Below are positions 27,641 through 36,531 of a DNA stretch of 64,000 nucleotides, piece by piece. Each line of letters opens with the position of its first letter. Position 1 is the stretch's first letter. A model generated the notes under the pieces. That model saw nothing but the letters and a program-made list of their open reading frames with translations, did no database searches and had not been told where the DNA came from. The translations under genes were made by a program, and so were the position numbers. Origin of the DNA: Candidatus Hydrogenedentota bacterium (GTDB lineage: Bacteria; Hydrogenedentota; Hydrogenedentia; Hydrogenedentales; JAEUWI01); assembly GCA_034669905.1 (NCBI GenBank), contig JAXMOL010000020.1, positions 32,001 through 96,000 of the forward strand. The letters are read 5' to 3'.

Positions 27641-28474
27641 TTAATCTTTTCCATCCCGTGGTGCTTCTTCTTCCACCGGATCGGTCGGCGCTTTGCGTAG
27701 AGGCTGAAGGAGCAGGCGGTCCAGCCAATGTTCCCGTTCTTCCCGGAAGGCGTTGATGCCGATAGTCATCCCTTCGTGTCCCTTTTCCGGCTGGGCGCGG
27801 TAGGTGCCACAGAGCCGGTCCCAGATGGCGAGGTTAAAGCCGAAGTTGCTGTCTGTTTCCCGGCGTATGACCGAGTGGTGGACGCGGTGCATATCGGGGG
27901 TTACGATGAACATCCGCAGTACGGCATCGACTTTCAAGGGAAGCCGGATGTTGGCATGGTTGAAGAGGGCCATGCCGTTGAGGATAACTTCGAAGACCAG
28001 CACCGCAAGGACTGGTGGTCCGAGGGTGACGATGGCGGCGAGCTTGAGGACCATGGACAGGACTATCTCCACAACGTGGAAACGAATGCCTGAACTGGCG
28101 TCGAGGTCCACATCACTGTGGTGGACCCGATGAAGTCGCCAGAGCAGCGGGACGGCGTGGAACATGACGTGTTGGAGGTAGATGATGAAATCGAGGGCCA
28201 CCACGCTGAGGAGAAAGGTCACCGCGTAGGGCCAATCGAGGTGGTTGAAGAGCCCCCATTGCTGTTCGACGGCGAGATGGGCCATGGCCATGCTGGCCAG
28301 CGGGGGGATGAGGGCGAGCACGATACTGCTGAGCACCACGAGCCCCAGATTGCTCATCCACCGGATGGCCTTGCGCGCCGTAAGGGCACGGCGCGGTGCG
28401 AAGCGTTCCCAGAGTCCGAAGAGGACAAGGAGTGAAACAAAGGTGCCAAGGCGAATCAGGCTTTCGGTATTCAT
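27641..28474 (-). CDS. Sterol desaturase/fatty acid hydroxylase family protein
   Basis: His boxes HVMFH, HRVHH, FNHAN, HRVHH; WDRL.GTY. Confidence 0.92.
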   Translation of the reverse strand: MNTESLIRLGTFVSLLVLFGLWERFAPRRALTARKAIRWMSNLGLVVLSSIVLALIPPLASMAMAHLAVEQQWGLFNHLDWPYAVTFLLSVVALDFIIYLQHVMFHAVPLLWRLHRVHHSDVDLDASSGIRFHVVEIVLSMVLKLAAIVTLGPPVLAVLVFEVILNGMALFNHANIRLPLKVDAVLRMFIVTPDMHRVHHSVIRRETDSNFGFNLAIWDRLCGTYRAQPEKGHEGMTIGINAFREEREHWLDRLLLQPLRKAPTDPVEEEAPRDGKD

Positions 28475-28635
28475 GATGGATTCCTGGGTAGGGTAAGTCA
28501 ATAGACGATAGTTTACCCATGAATAGAGATGAAATTACACCGCCGGACAGGGTGGACGACGGCGCAGCCAATCAGGTCCACAACGCCCACCTCGTCTGCT
28601 CAGTCCACAGAAACTTCGGAGCTCCTGGATTTCAT

Positions 28636-29742
28636 CTATTCCGCCGGGTTCAAATTCCCACGACGGTGGTCAATCGCTGTGTTCTCCATGATGTTGCCGT
28701 GAATCAAGACAGGTTTCTGCGACTCCGTCTCGTCGTCAACGATAATCGTCATGTGCTCGAAGACGTTACCGGTCAATACCGTATTTCCACCCCGGATATA
28801 CAGGGGCAGGCTAGGGTTCTCCGGGTGGTTGTAAATGCTGTTTCCCGTTACGGCGCTTTCCGTGCCGCGGATGTCCATAGCCCGGCCAAGTTTTCCGCCC
28901 TTCTCTACGCGAATCACATTGCCGTTGATGGCGTGGTGCTTGGATTTGGCCCAGGAGCGAAAGCCAATGTCGATGTCGCCAATCTCTGTGACCTGGAGGA
29001 TGTTGTCGGACATGATGATATTGTCGCCCCGGTCGGAGCCAAAGGCCACGTGGGTGCGGCCGGTGATCTCGGCATAGTTGCCGCGAATCTCGCCGGGACC
29101 GGTGAGAATCTCCACCACGTCTGAGCCGGCATTGCCGAGCACGTTGTCCACCACATGCATGTTGGAACCCTCCAGCATAATGCCGAGACGGCGCGCATTC
29201 ATGACGTAACAGTTGCGCACCGTGATGTGATGGATGTCCGCGCCGCTCTCGCCGCCGGGCCAGGTGCGGAAGGCCTTGATGCCACAGAATTCAAAGCGCG
29301 CGTGGGAGACATCGGGGTCCCCTTCGCCGAGGGGGTTGGCATCCCGGTTGGCGTCCACATAGAGATCGCGGATGACCACATGGCCCACGCCGAGGCCGAT
29401 GATTCGGATGACGTTGGTTTCCTGGGCCGGGGCCTGAATGAGTTTGGTTGCCGCGCCCTGCCCCGCCAAGGTCACATGGCTGCGCTCGATGAGGACCCCG
29501 CCCAGATTGCCTTCTTCGCGGCGGATGTCGAAGGTGCCTTCGGTCAGCTGCACCGTGCCGCCCGCTTTCGGGAGGGCGCGGATGGCCGCATTGATTTCCA
29601 CCTGGTCACCCTCGCCATCGGCCACGTAGTGGGCCCCGGCTTTGGCGGTGGGGGAGGCGTCGTGGGCGGCGACCACGAGGGTGGCGCTGTGCGCTGTTGT
29701 AGCGAGCAGGAGACTCAAGAGGAGTGTGTGTACGATGCGCAT
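28636..29742 (-). CDS. Exported right-handed parallel beta-helix protein (pectin lyase-like fold)
   Basis: Signal peptide; DQVEINAAIRAL..GGTVQL.EGTF; repeated I.GN/V.GN rungs. Confidence 0.8.
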   Translation of the reverse strand: MRIVHTLLLSLLLATTAHSATLVVAAHDASPTAKAGAHYVADGEGDQVEINAAIRALPKAGGTVQLTEGTFDIRREEGNLGGVLIERSHVTLAGQGAATKLIQAPAQETNVIRIIGLGVGHVVIRDLYVDANRDANPLGEGDPDVSHARFEFCGIKAFRTWPGGESGADIHHITVRNCYVMNARRLGIMLEGSNMHVVDNVLGNAGSDVVEILTGPGEIRGNYAEITGRTHVAFGSDRGDNIIMSDNILQVTEIGDIDIGFRSWAKSKHHAINGNVIRVEKGGKLGRAMDIRGTESAVTGNSIYNHPENPSLPLYIRGGNTVLTGNVFEHMTIIVDDETESQKPVLIHGNIMENTAIDHRRGNLNPAE

Positions 29743-29789
29743 GGAAAGTTCCTTGTTTTGCGGTGAACGAAAGAAAGAGGCTTGCCGCC

Positions 29790-31013
29790 TTATCGGTTCA
29801 GTGTTTCGGCGTAGGTGCTTACATAGCCGCCGTCAACGACGGCATCTACATGTTCGGTCAGGGTGTTGAGGGTGAAAAAGGCTACACCCTCGACGCCCTC
29901 CTCGCGGCTGACAGTGAGGTAATCGTTGATGTCGGCCGGCTGCTTGATGCCGCCGTGGCTCGTTACGATGCCCAGGCAGAAGGTCAACAGCGCCTCGGAA
30001 TCGGCGGGAATTTGGGCGCGGGCGCTCTTCATGCGGTTGCGGAAGACCTTCATGTAGTCGTCGCCGTAGTTGTCCGTGTAGCAATAGCCCGACGCGTTGA
30101 CCACGTCGATGTGCCCTGCGGCGACCCAGTCTACCCAGCGCTGGCCCACATAGTGGCCATCCGCCACGTGGGCGCCCCAGGAGTAGAGGACCTTCCGCAC
30201 ATCGGGCAAGGCCACGTTAATGGCCTGGACCAGTTCGGTCAGTTGGGATTCTTTGTAGCGCTGGTAGGGCGTGTCGCCCCGGTCGTTGACGGTATAGGGT
30301 GCGCCACCGGTGGATTCGTTGTAGGCCGCCATACCGCTTTCATCGAGGAGCATGGGCCGGTTGGGGTAGCGGACGTAGTCGAGGGTGATTCCCGTCAAAT
30401 GATAGCGGGATACGAGTTCCTTGAGTGCGCCTACGACCCAGGCGCGTGCCTCCGGGTTAGCGGGAGAGATGAAGCCATACTTTTTTCCCGTCTCATTGCG
30501 CAGTGCCCACTCCGGGTGCTTTTCCAGGGTGCCGCGGGGTTCTTCGTGACCGGAGACCAAGACGGGCACGGTGGGATAGACCGCCATGCCCGCTTTTCGC
30601 GCTGTGGCGATGAAGGCACCGGCGGCGTCCCAGTCCCCATAGAGGTTTTCCGGGTGGTGGGTGCTCGGGTAGTAGGCCCGGCCTGCCGAGTCCGCTACGT
30701 AGGGCATGAGCACCGTGATGCCCGCGCGCCTGGCCGTCGCGACAGCGGCTTCGATGTCGGCGAGTCGTTTCTCCAGCGGGTCTGAAGGCACGGCGATTCG
30801 ATGGAGATGGACGTAGGCACCGATGAAGGAGGATGGGGTGACGGGGGCTGGCAGGTTGGCGTCGGTATCGAAGTAATCACCCGAATTACTGAGGATAACT
30901 TCGGTCTCGGCGTTCTGTAATTCAGCGAGGACGGGGAGGCAGCCACATAGCCAAGCGAGCAAGAGGACGGTGAATGGAGCGCGCCTGGTGAAAAGGATTG
31001 GACAGAAATTCAT
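29790..31013 (-). CDS. GHL10/DUF187 glycosyl hydrolase-like protein
   Basis: Signal peptide; HPEW, ISPANPEAR, GITLDYVRYP, GQRW..W. Confidence 0.8.
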   Translation of the reverse strand: MNFCPILFTRRAPFTVLLLAWLCGCLPVLAELQNAETEVILSNSGDYFDTDANLPAPVTPSSFIGAYVHLHRIAVPSDPLEKRLADIEAAVATARRAGITVLMPYVADSAGRAYYPSTHHPENLYGDWDAAGAFIATARKAGMAVYPTVPVLVSGHEEPRGTLEKHPEWALRNETGKKYGFISPANPEARAWVVGALKELVSRYHLTGITLDYVRYPNRPMLLDESGMAAYNESTGGAPYTVNDRGDTPYQRYKESQLTELVQAINVALPDVRKVLYSWGAHVADGHYVGQRWVDWVAAGHIDVVNASGYCYTDNYGDDYMKVFRNRMKSARAQIPADSEALLTFCLGIVTSHGGIKQPADINDYLTVSREEGVEGVAFFTLNTLTEHVDAVVDGGYVSTYAETLNR

Positions 31014-31149
31014 CGTAGACCTTTCAGGAAGGAATTGAACATCAAGCCGGGAAGCATGGCTTTACCCGCGTCATGCTAACAAAGTGTCTTGCTAAAAGGA
31101 AGGTACGAATGCCAGTCTTCCTTCATACCCTATTTTGAGGAAGGTTCTT

Positions 31150-31236
31150 TGGAGTTTGGCAGCTTGCTGCGGGTGCGTCCTGATAAGCCGCGAGCAAGCT
31201 CGCTTCGTAAGAGTGTAAGCAAGCTTACGCACTCCA
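31150..31236. repeat. REP-like palindrome cluster with AGCAAGCT core (copy 2)
   Basis: TGGAGTTTGGCAGCTTGCTGC / GCGAGCAAGCTCGC / GTGTAAGCAAGCTTACGCACTCCA. Confidence 0.7.
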
Positions 31237-31509
31237 GAGGGTCCACCTGCTTAATCCTCTGTAGGGTGTTTACGCTTTTCGAACTAACAGATAGGTGGGC
31301 AAGGGCCTTGATGGCGAATAGCCCCCAGCGTACAAACTTACCTGGCTCGTGGAGACGTGCCTGCTGACGATCGCGCGGCACGAATGTTGGTTGTTGGGGG
31401 CGGCTTTCCTGATGGCACTCACGCGGCGCGCCTGGGGTGCTTTCTGCTATGCTTGTGGCTTGTTCAATTCAAACTGCACCCCGAATTTATCCCTTGGAAA
31501 GCCCGTACT

Positions 31510-32262
31510 ATGTCTGAAAAGAAATTCTGCTTCTCGCCCGAAAAGCTCATGCCCCTGGTGAAAGACGGCGGCTACTGCTATGCGACGGACGAGATTACCG
31601 TGGGCGGTCGCCCCGTAGGCTATATGTATCGCGAGCCGCCGATGGACGATGGGGATTCGGGATGGCGCTTTTATGCGGGCGATGAGAGCGATGCCTACGT
31701 GGATGATGAGGCCAACCATGGCGAGTTCGATTTGAACACGATTGCCAATTGTGACCAGGATACCTTGCTCATGCTGGACGCGCCCGTGGGTGCGGCCTTC
31801 GCACGGAATCCCCAATCCGGGGAATTCGAGCCCACCGAGAGTCCCGTCGAACCCGATGAGTGCCTCCATCCCGATTATCCCATCGTGGAAGGGTACCATG
31901 CCCTCAGCGATGTGTGGCATGTCACCTTGCCGGCCAAATTCAATCGAACGATCGAGGAAGATGCGCTGGTTTTGTGGCGACCCGATATGAGCCTCTATTT
32001 CGTGGCGTGGAACAATGATCATCAGGATCCGATGGAGGAGCGGCTCGCCCTCTTGAAATCCGACTTGAACCCCGATGCCTTCGACCCGCAGGAAGAACTA
32101 TCGGAAGACAAACAGACCTTTTCGTATCGCCTGATGGAGGACGGGGTTCACATGCTTTATGGCTTCGTCGTCACGGAACGGGGGCACCTGCAGGTGGCCA
32201 TCTCCTTCGAAGACGAGGCTGCGTTGGATACGGTACGGGCTACCTTCGCGAGTATCGGGTGA
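31510..32262 (+). CDS. DUF2185 (Imm33-like) domain protein
   Basis: CYATDEITVGGRPVGYMYRE..DSGWRFYAGDES..DLNTIANCD. Confidence 0.85.
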   Translation: MSEKKFCFSPEKLMPLVKDGGYCYATDEITVGGRPVGYMYREPPMDDGDSGWRFYAGDESDAYVDDEANHGEFDLNTIANCDQDTLLMLDAPVGAAFARNPQSGEFEPTESPVEPDECLHPDYPIVEGYHALSDVWHVTLPAKFNRTIEEDALVLWRPDMSLYFVAWNNDHQDPMEERLALLKSDLNPDAFDPQEELSEDKQTFSYRLMEDGVHMLYGFVVTERGHLQVAISFEDEAALDTVRATFASIG

Positions 32263-32359
32263 GCGCTTCTGAGTTGCATGGATTCGAATAGGATGCGTTT
32301 TCAGATGTATTAGGTGAGCAGGAGTGCGATAGGTACGTTTAACGCAGGAGCGGAAAGCG

Positions 32360-32755
32360 ATGGGTAGCAGCGGTCAAGCGATAGTCGGGGCCTATATGGA
32401 TGCGGTTTCGGCCCACATGGTACGTATTCAGTTGGAAGCGGCGGGGATTGAGGCCTGGGTGGTCGACGAACACACGGCATCGACCAATCCGCTCTACTCC
32501 CCCCTCATTGGCGGCATCAAGCTGGCGGTCTGTCCCGAAGACGAGCGGGCGGCCCGGGAGCTGTTGAGCGGCTTAGACGAAGTGGAGGAAGAGAGCGCGG
32601 TAGTGACCTGCTGCCCCCACTGCGGCTCGGAACGGGTCGGCAAGAATGGGATGGGATTCTTTGTCTTGCTCGCATTGACCCTCTTGACCTTTGGCTTGTA
32701 TCTACCTTTTTTCTACCGAGGCAAGCGGTGTGAGGCGTGTGGGCGGACGTTTTAA
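32360..32755 (+). CDS. DUF2007 domain protein with Zn-ribbon/TM C-terminus
   Basis: AH..R..LEAAGIEAWV.DE..GGIKL.V..ED; CPHCG-TM-CEACG. Confidence 0.8.
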   Translation: MGSSGQAIVGAYMDAVSAHMVRIQLEAAGIEAWVVDEHTASTNPLYSPLIGGIKLAVCPEDERAARELLSGLDEVEEESAVVTCCPHCGSERVGKNGMGFFVLLALTLLTFGLYLPFFYRGKRCEACGRTF

Positions 32756-32865
32756 ATTGCCCGTGTGGTTGCTAGTCTTGACGCGCCGCGCATGAATAGA
32801 ATGGTGCCATCGGCGTCTCGTATGCGGTGCTGGAAACCGGTTTCTTACCATCAGGAGCGTATCTC

Positions 32866-33981
32866 ATGTTGCGAATGGGCGTTTGTCTTTTCTTGTGTGT
32901 CAGCTTCAGCGTATTGACCCCGTCGGCCCGTGCCTGCGCCATGTTTACCCTGGTGTCCGGCGATTCGGTCCTCATGGGCAACAACGAAGACTATATCAAG
33001 CCGGGCTACGTCTGGTTTGTACCCGCAGCAGAGGGCCGTCTGGGTCGGGTGAATTTTGGCTTCAGCGACCGCTTTGCCCAGGGCAGTATGAACGAAAAGG
33101 GGCTGGCTTTTGATGCAGCGGTGGTGGCGGAGATACCCTGGGAGCCGGACCCGGCGAAGAAAGACGCGAAGAATCTCCTGGAAGTCATCATGGATACCTG
33201 CGGCACGGTAGAGGAAGCCCTGCAGCTCTTTGGGGAGTACAACTGCAAGCATCTTTCCGGGAGTCAATTTATGTTTGCCGATGCCACGGGGGATGCTGCC
33301 GTGGTGACCTGGATGCCGGAAAAAGGCTTGAGCGTGGTGCGCCGGACGGGCGATTATCTGCTCAATACCAATACCCGGCTGGAATACTCCCAGTACCGGT
33401 GTGAGCGCTACGTACTGGCCGAACGCAAAATCGTCGAGGGCGGGGCCGCCCCCGAGGTGGTCGCTCGCGAGGCGCTGGATGCCATCCACCAGGAGGGGGA
33501 AGGGGCATTCACGTCCTACTCCACTATCTATGACCTCAAAAAGGGCCTCGTCCACGTCTACAACCTCGCCAATTACGATGAGGTCGTGACCTTCAATCTC
33601 GCCGAGGAACTATCCAAGGGTGCCCAACGTACGGCGTTGAAGAATGTGTTCAAGGACAGCCCGAGCTTGAAGCAGATTCGGAAGGCCTCGCCCCGCAAGT
33701 ACGACACCCGCATCGAGCTGCCAGCGGAGCAACTCCAACGCTTCGCGGGAAAATATTCCGTCATGGATGGCAAGGCCGTGATAGACGTCGAAGTCGCGGG
33801 GAAGGAATTACTTTTCATTCCGCCCGACGGAAAAGCCGCCCACCTCTACCCTGAGAGCGAGACGAAATTTCGCATCGTGGAGGGGGGGCAGGTGACCTTC
33901 AACGGGTCGGAAGACGGGAAGAGCACCGGCCTGGTCATGCACCGCAATGGCGACCATGTGGGCATCAAGCTGCCGGAATAG
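32866..33981 (+). CDS. Exported Ntn-hydrolase (C45/choloylglycine hydrolase-like) with C-terminal DUF3471-like domain
   Basis: Signal peptide ending ARA|C (N-terminal Cys nucleophile), GNNED, MNEKGL, ADATGD; LQRFAGKY..L.P.SETKF. Confidence 0.8.
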   Translation: MLRMGVCLFLCVSFSVLTPSARACAMFTLVSGDSVLMGNNEDYIKPGYVWFVPAAEGRLGRVNFGFSDRFAQGSMNEKGLAFDAAVVAEIPWEPDPAKKDAKNLLEVIMDTCGTVEEALQLFGEYNCKHLSGSQFMFADATGDAAVVTWMPEKGLSVVRRTGDYLLNTNTRLEYSQYRCERYVLAERKIVEGGAAPEVVAREALDAIHQEGEGAFTSYSTIYDLKKGLVHVYNLANYDEVVTFNLAEELSKGAQRTALKNVFKDSPSLKQIRKASPRKYDTRIELPAEQLQRFAGKYSVMDGKAVIDVEVAGKELLFIPPDGKAAHLYPESETKFRIVEGGQVTFNGSEDGKSTGLVMHRNGDHVGIKLPE

Positions 33982-33982
33982 A

Positions 33983-34094
33983 GAAGTTTGAAGTTTGAAG
34001 GGTGAAGGGTGAAGGGTGAAGGGTGAAGGGTGAAGTTTGAAGGGTGAAGGGTGAAGGGTGAAGGGTGAAGGGTGAAGGGTGAAGGGTGAAGGGG
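33983..34094 (+). repeat. Heptamer tandem repeat GAAGGGT/GAAGTTT x16
   Basis: 12 GAAGGGT, 3 GAAGTTT and 1 GAAGGGG units counted directly. Confidence 0.97.
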
Positions 34095-34135
34095 GGCCAT
34101 GTTTCGAACGGTCACGCCCGCTCTTTTTTCCATTC

Positions 34136-34789
34136 TCAATTCTCTATTCTAGAATTCTCCATTCTAAACTCCATCCTTCGGTGGCCGGGGATGTAGCCGG
34201 ATTTGTTCTTGAATTCAGAGGGTAATTCGTAGCTGACCGTGTAGCCCAGACGCGTGTAGAGGGCTTCTGCGCGGGGATTTTCGACGGAAACATCGAGGGC
34301 CGTGTGGGTTGCGTTTTGTTTCAGCGCTTCGGCGTGAAGATGCTTGAACAGCAGGGCGCCAATACCTTTCCCCTGAAAGGCGGGGTGTACGCCTACATTC
34401 GCAATGTAGAATACGTCGGGTCCTTTGGGGGGGATGATCGCTTTTTCGATATTCAGACCATAGCGAACCACCTGTATACCGATCAGGGGTCCGTAAAAGC
34501 GGAAAATTCTTCCGATAATAGGCCAGAGAAAACGTTCTGCCGTGGTGCCTGTATATCCCGCTGCCGTTCCGACGACATCACCGTCCACCTCCGCGACCCA
34601 GTGATAGCGATAGGAAAGCTCGGTGTGTTCGCGGATGAAGGCATCGGCAATGAAGGCGTGGGCCTCGTCTGGGCAACGTCGTGCGAAAACATAGCGAAAG
34701 GAATCGGGGCCGGAGCTGAAAATGCGGGGCGTGGCAGCATCCACATCTTCAGGGCGTGCAGGGCGAATGTGTGGCAGGGATTCAGCCAT
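34136..34789 (-). CDS. GNAT family N-acetyltransferase
   Basis: IRPARPED; VGVHPAFQGKGIG (motif A); NPRAEALYTRLGY. Confidence 0.9.
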   Translation of the reverse strand: MAESLPHIRPARPEDVDAATPRIFSSGPDSFRYVFARRCPDEAHAFIADAFIREHTELSYRYHWVAEVDGDVVGTAAGYTGTTAERFLWPIIGRIFRFYGPLIGIQVVRYGLNIEKAIIPPKGPDVFYIANVGVHPAFQGKGIGALLFKHLHAEALKQNATHTALDVSVENPRAEALYTRLGYTVSYELPSEFKNKSGYIPGHRRMEFRMENSRIEN

Positions 34790-34950
34790 ATTCAGGGGCC
34801 GTCCTTTTCAGGGGGAAGCGGTGGGGTGTCATGACGCAATGGTGGGGTCCTTTCCGGGCCCGTTTTTTCGGGGTACACAGTCTGTTTCTTCCACAACGGA
34901 ACCGGATTATGCATACCCACCTGAAGGCGCGGGGCCATGTGATGGGCGCG

Positions 34951-35328
34951 CTATCCTTTCTTCGAGTCTTTGCCAGATTCCAGGAGGGCTTTGGCCGCCC
35001 GTTCCCGGAGGGTGTGGAGGCCGGAAGAGGCCAGCACGGTGCCGCCGACGATGGTGCCGCCGATGGGGAAGGGGGCTCCCACGGCTAACCCGGCGAGCAA
35101 CCCTTTGCCCAGCGATTTTCCCCAACTGTCATGGGCGACCAGACGTTGGGATGCGGTGGTGCCGATGCTGCCAATGAGGAAGCCCAGGGGGACGGTGAGG
35201 GCCATGCCCAGGCCGCCAGTGGCCGCCGTACCGGAAAAGAGAAGCCAGTCCGCGCCGAGAATCAGTGCGCCAGAGGCCGGGTGGAGAAAACTGTGAGAGG
35301 ACGTAGGTTCTTCCTGGGGTGTGCTCAT
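34951..35328 (-). CDS. Small Gly-rich membrane protein, hypothetical
   Basis: Hydrophobic Gly-rich helices; fills gap between ald and GNAT on same strand. Confidence 0.6.
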   Translation of the reverse strand: MSTPQEEPTSSHSFLHPASGALILGADWLLFSGTAATGGLGMALTVPLGFLIGSIGTTASQRLVAHDSWGKSLGKGLLAGLAVGAPFPIGGTIVGGTVLASSGLHTLRERAAKALLESGKDSKKG

Positions 35329-35426
35329 GGTCGGGGATCCTGTGGGTCAATGGCCTGTGTTCGCGCCTCGTCCTCCTATGGTACGTTGATGGCCTGGCGG
35401 GACACAATAGGGCCGTGCCCTGAGGG

Positions 35427-36527
35427 TTACCGTGCTTCATGGGGCAGTCCCAGCGCATTGGCGACGGCTTCATGGGTGACCTTCCCGCGCCACGTGTTCA
35501 ACCCGCGACCCAGCGGCGTGGTCGGGTTGCTCAGGGCGTCTTGCCCGTGGTCGGCCAGTTCCAGTCCATGTTGCAGGGTCACATTGGTCAGTGCCCAGGT
35601 GGCGGTCTTGGGAACGGCGCCGGGCATATTGGTTACGCAATAGTGGACCACCCCTTCCTCCATGAAGGTAGGTTCTTCGTGGCTCGTGGGGCGTGACGTT
35701 TCGCAGCAGCCACCCTGGTCGATGGCGATATCGACGATGGCGGCACCCGGGCGCATGCGTTTGACCAGGTCCCGGTCGATGAGGACCGGTGCCCTGGCGC
35801 CCGCGCGAAGGGCGGCGGTAATCACCAGCTCCGCCTGCAACACCTCTTCGGTGATGTTGGCGGAATTGACCATGACCGTGGTGACGTGCCCTCCCATGAT
35901 ATCGTGGATATAGCGCAGGCGGGCCGGATTGATATCCAGAATGGAGACATGGGCACCCATCCCTACCGCGCCCTGGCAGGCATTACAACCGGCAATACCG
36001 GCCCCAAGAATGACGACATTCGCCGGGCGCACACCGGAAACGCCGCTGAGGAGCATACCTTGCCCGCCAGGTCCGGCCTCCAGGCAATAGGCGCCCTTTT
36101 GAACCGAAAGGCGACCCGCCACTTCGCTCATGGGGATGAGTAGCGGTAGCGAGCCATCATCCGATTGAATGGTTTCATAACCAACCGCACACACCTTGGA
36201 TTGCAGCAGCGCTTCCGTGAGTTCCGGGGCCGAAGCGAGGTGGAGATAGGTGTAGAGAATCAGGTCCTCTCGCAGCCATCCCAATTCCTCTCGAAGGGGC
36301 TCCTTCACCTTCATCACCATATCCGAGGTGGCCCAGAGGCTTTCCGGATCTGACACGATTTCGGCACCGGCCGCGCGATAGGCATCGTCCTCGACCCCAC
36401 TTCCGAGGCCCGCGCCTTTTTCTACCAACACGGTGTGGCCGTGTTGGACAAAGGCTGCCGCGCCCGCCGGGACCAGGGCCACCCGGGATTCTTTGTTCTT
36501 GATTTCTCTGGGTATTCCAACGCGCAT
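35427..36527 (-). CDS. ald: Alanine dehydrogenase
   Basis: MRVGIPREIKNKESRV, KVKEP, YTYLHLA, PMSEVAGR, DIAIDQGGC.ETS, YCVTNMPGAVP. Confidence 0.96.
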   Translation of the reverse strand: MRVGIPREIKNKESRVALVPAGAAAFVQHGHTVLVEKGAGLGSGVEDDAYRAAGAEIVSDPESLWATSDMVMKVKEPLREELGWLREDLILYTYLHLASAPELTEALLQSKVCAVGYETIQSDDGSLPLLIPMSEVAGRLSVQKGAYCLEAGPGGQGMLLSGVSGVRPANVVILGAGIAGCNACQGAVGMGAHVSILDINPARLRYIHDIMGGHVTTVMVNSANITEEVLQAELVITAALRAGARAPVLIDRDLVKRMRPGAAIVDIAIDQGGCCETSRPTSHEEPTFMEEGVVHYCVTNMPGAVPKTATWALTNVTLQHGLELADHGQDALSNPTTPLGRGLNTWRGKVTHEAVANALGLPHEAR

Positions 36528-36531
36528 GATA

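Noticed and set aside
28576..28611. Degenerate 9-bp repeat GTCCACAAC/GCCCACCTC/GTCTGCTCA/GTCCACAGA
   Set aside because: Too degenerate to distinguish from chance, though it may be related to the nonamer at 23494
28636..29742. Phage tailspike/prophage
   Set aside because: The beta-helix protein has a signal peptide and no phage genes surround it
31510..32262. Toxin-immunity or defence system around DUF2185/Imm33
   Set aside because: No toxin, Rhs or defence gene adjacent; orphan members are common
33846..34139. 97-aa ORF with LHPSPFT repeats
   Set aside because: Simply the translation of the heptamer tandem repeat
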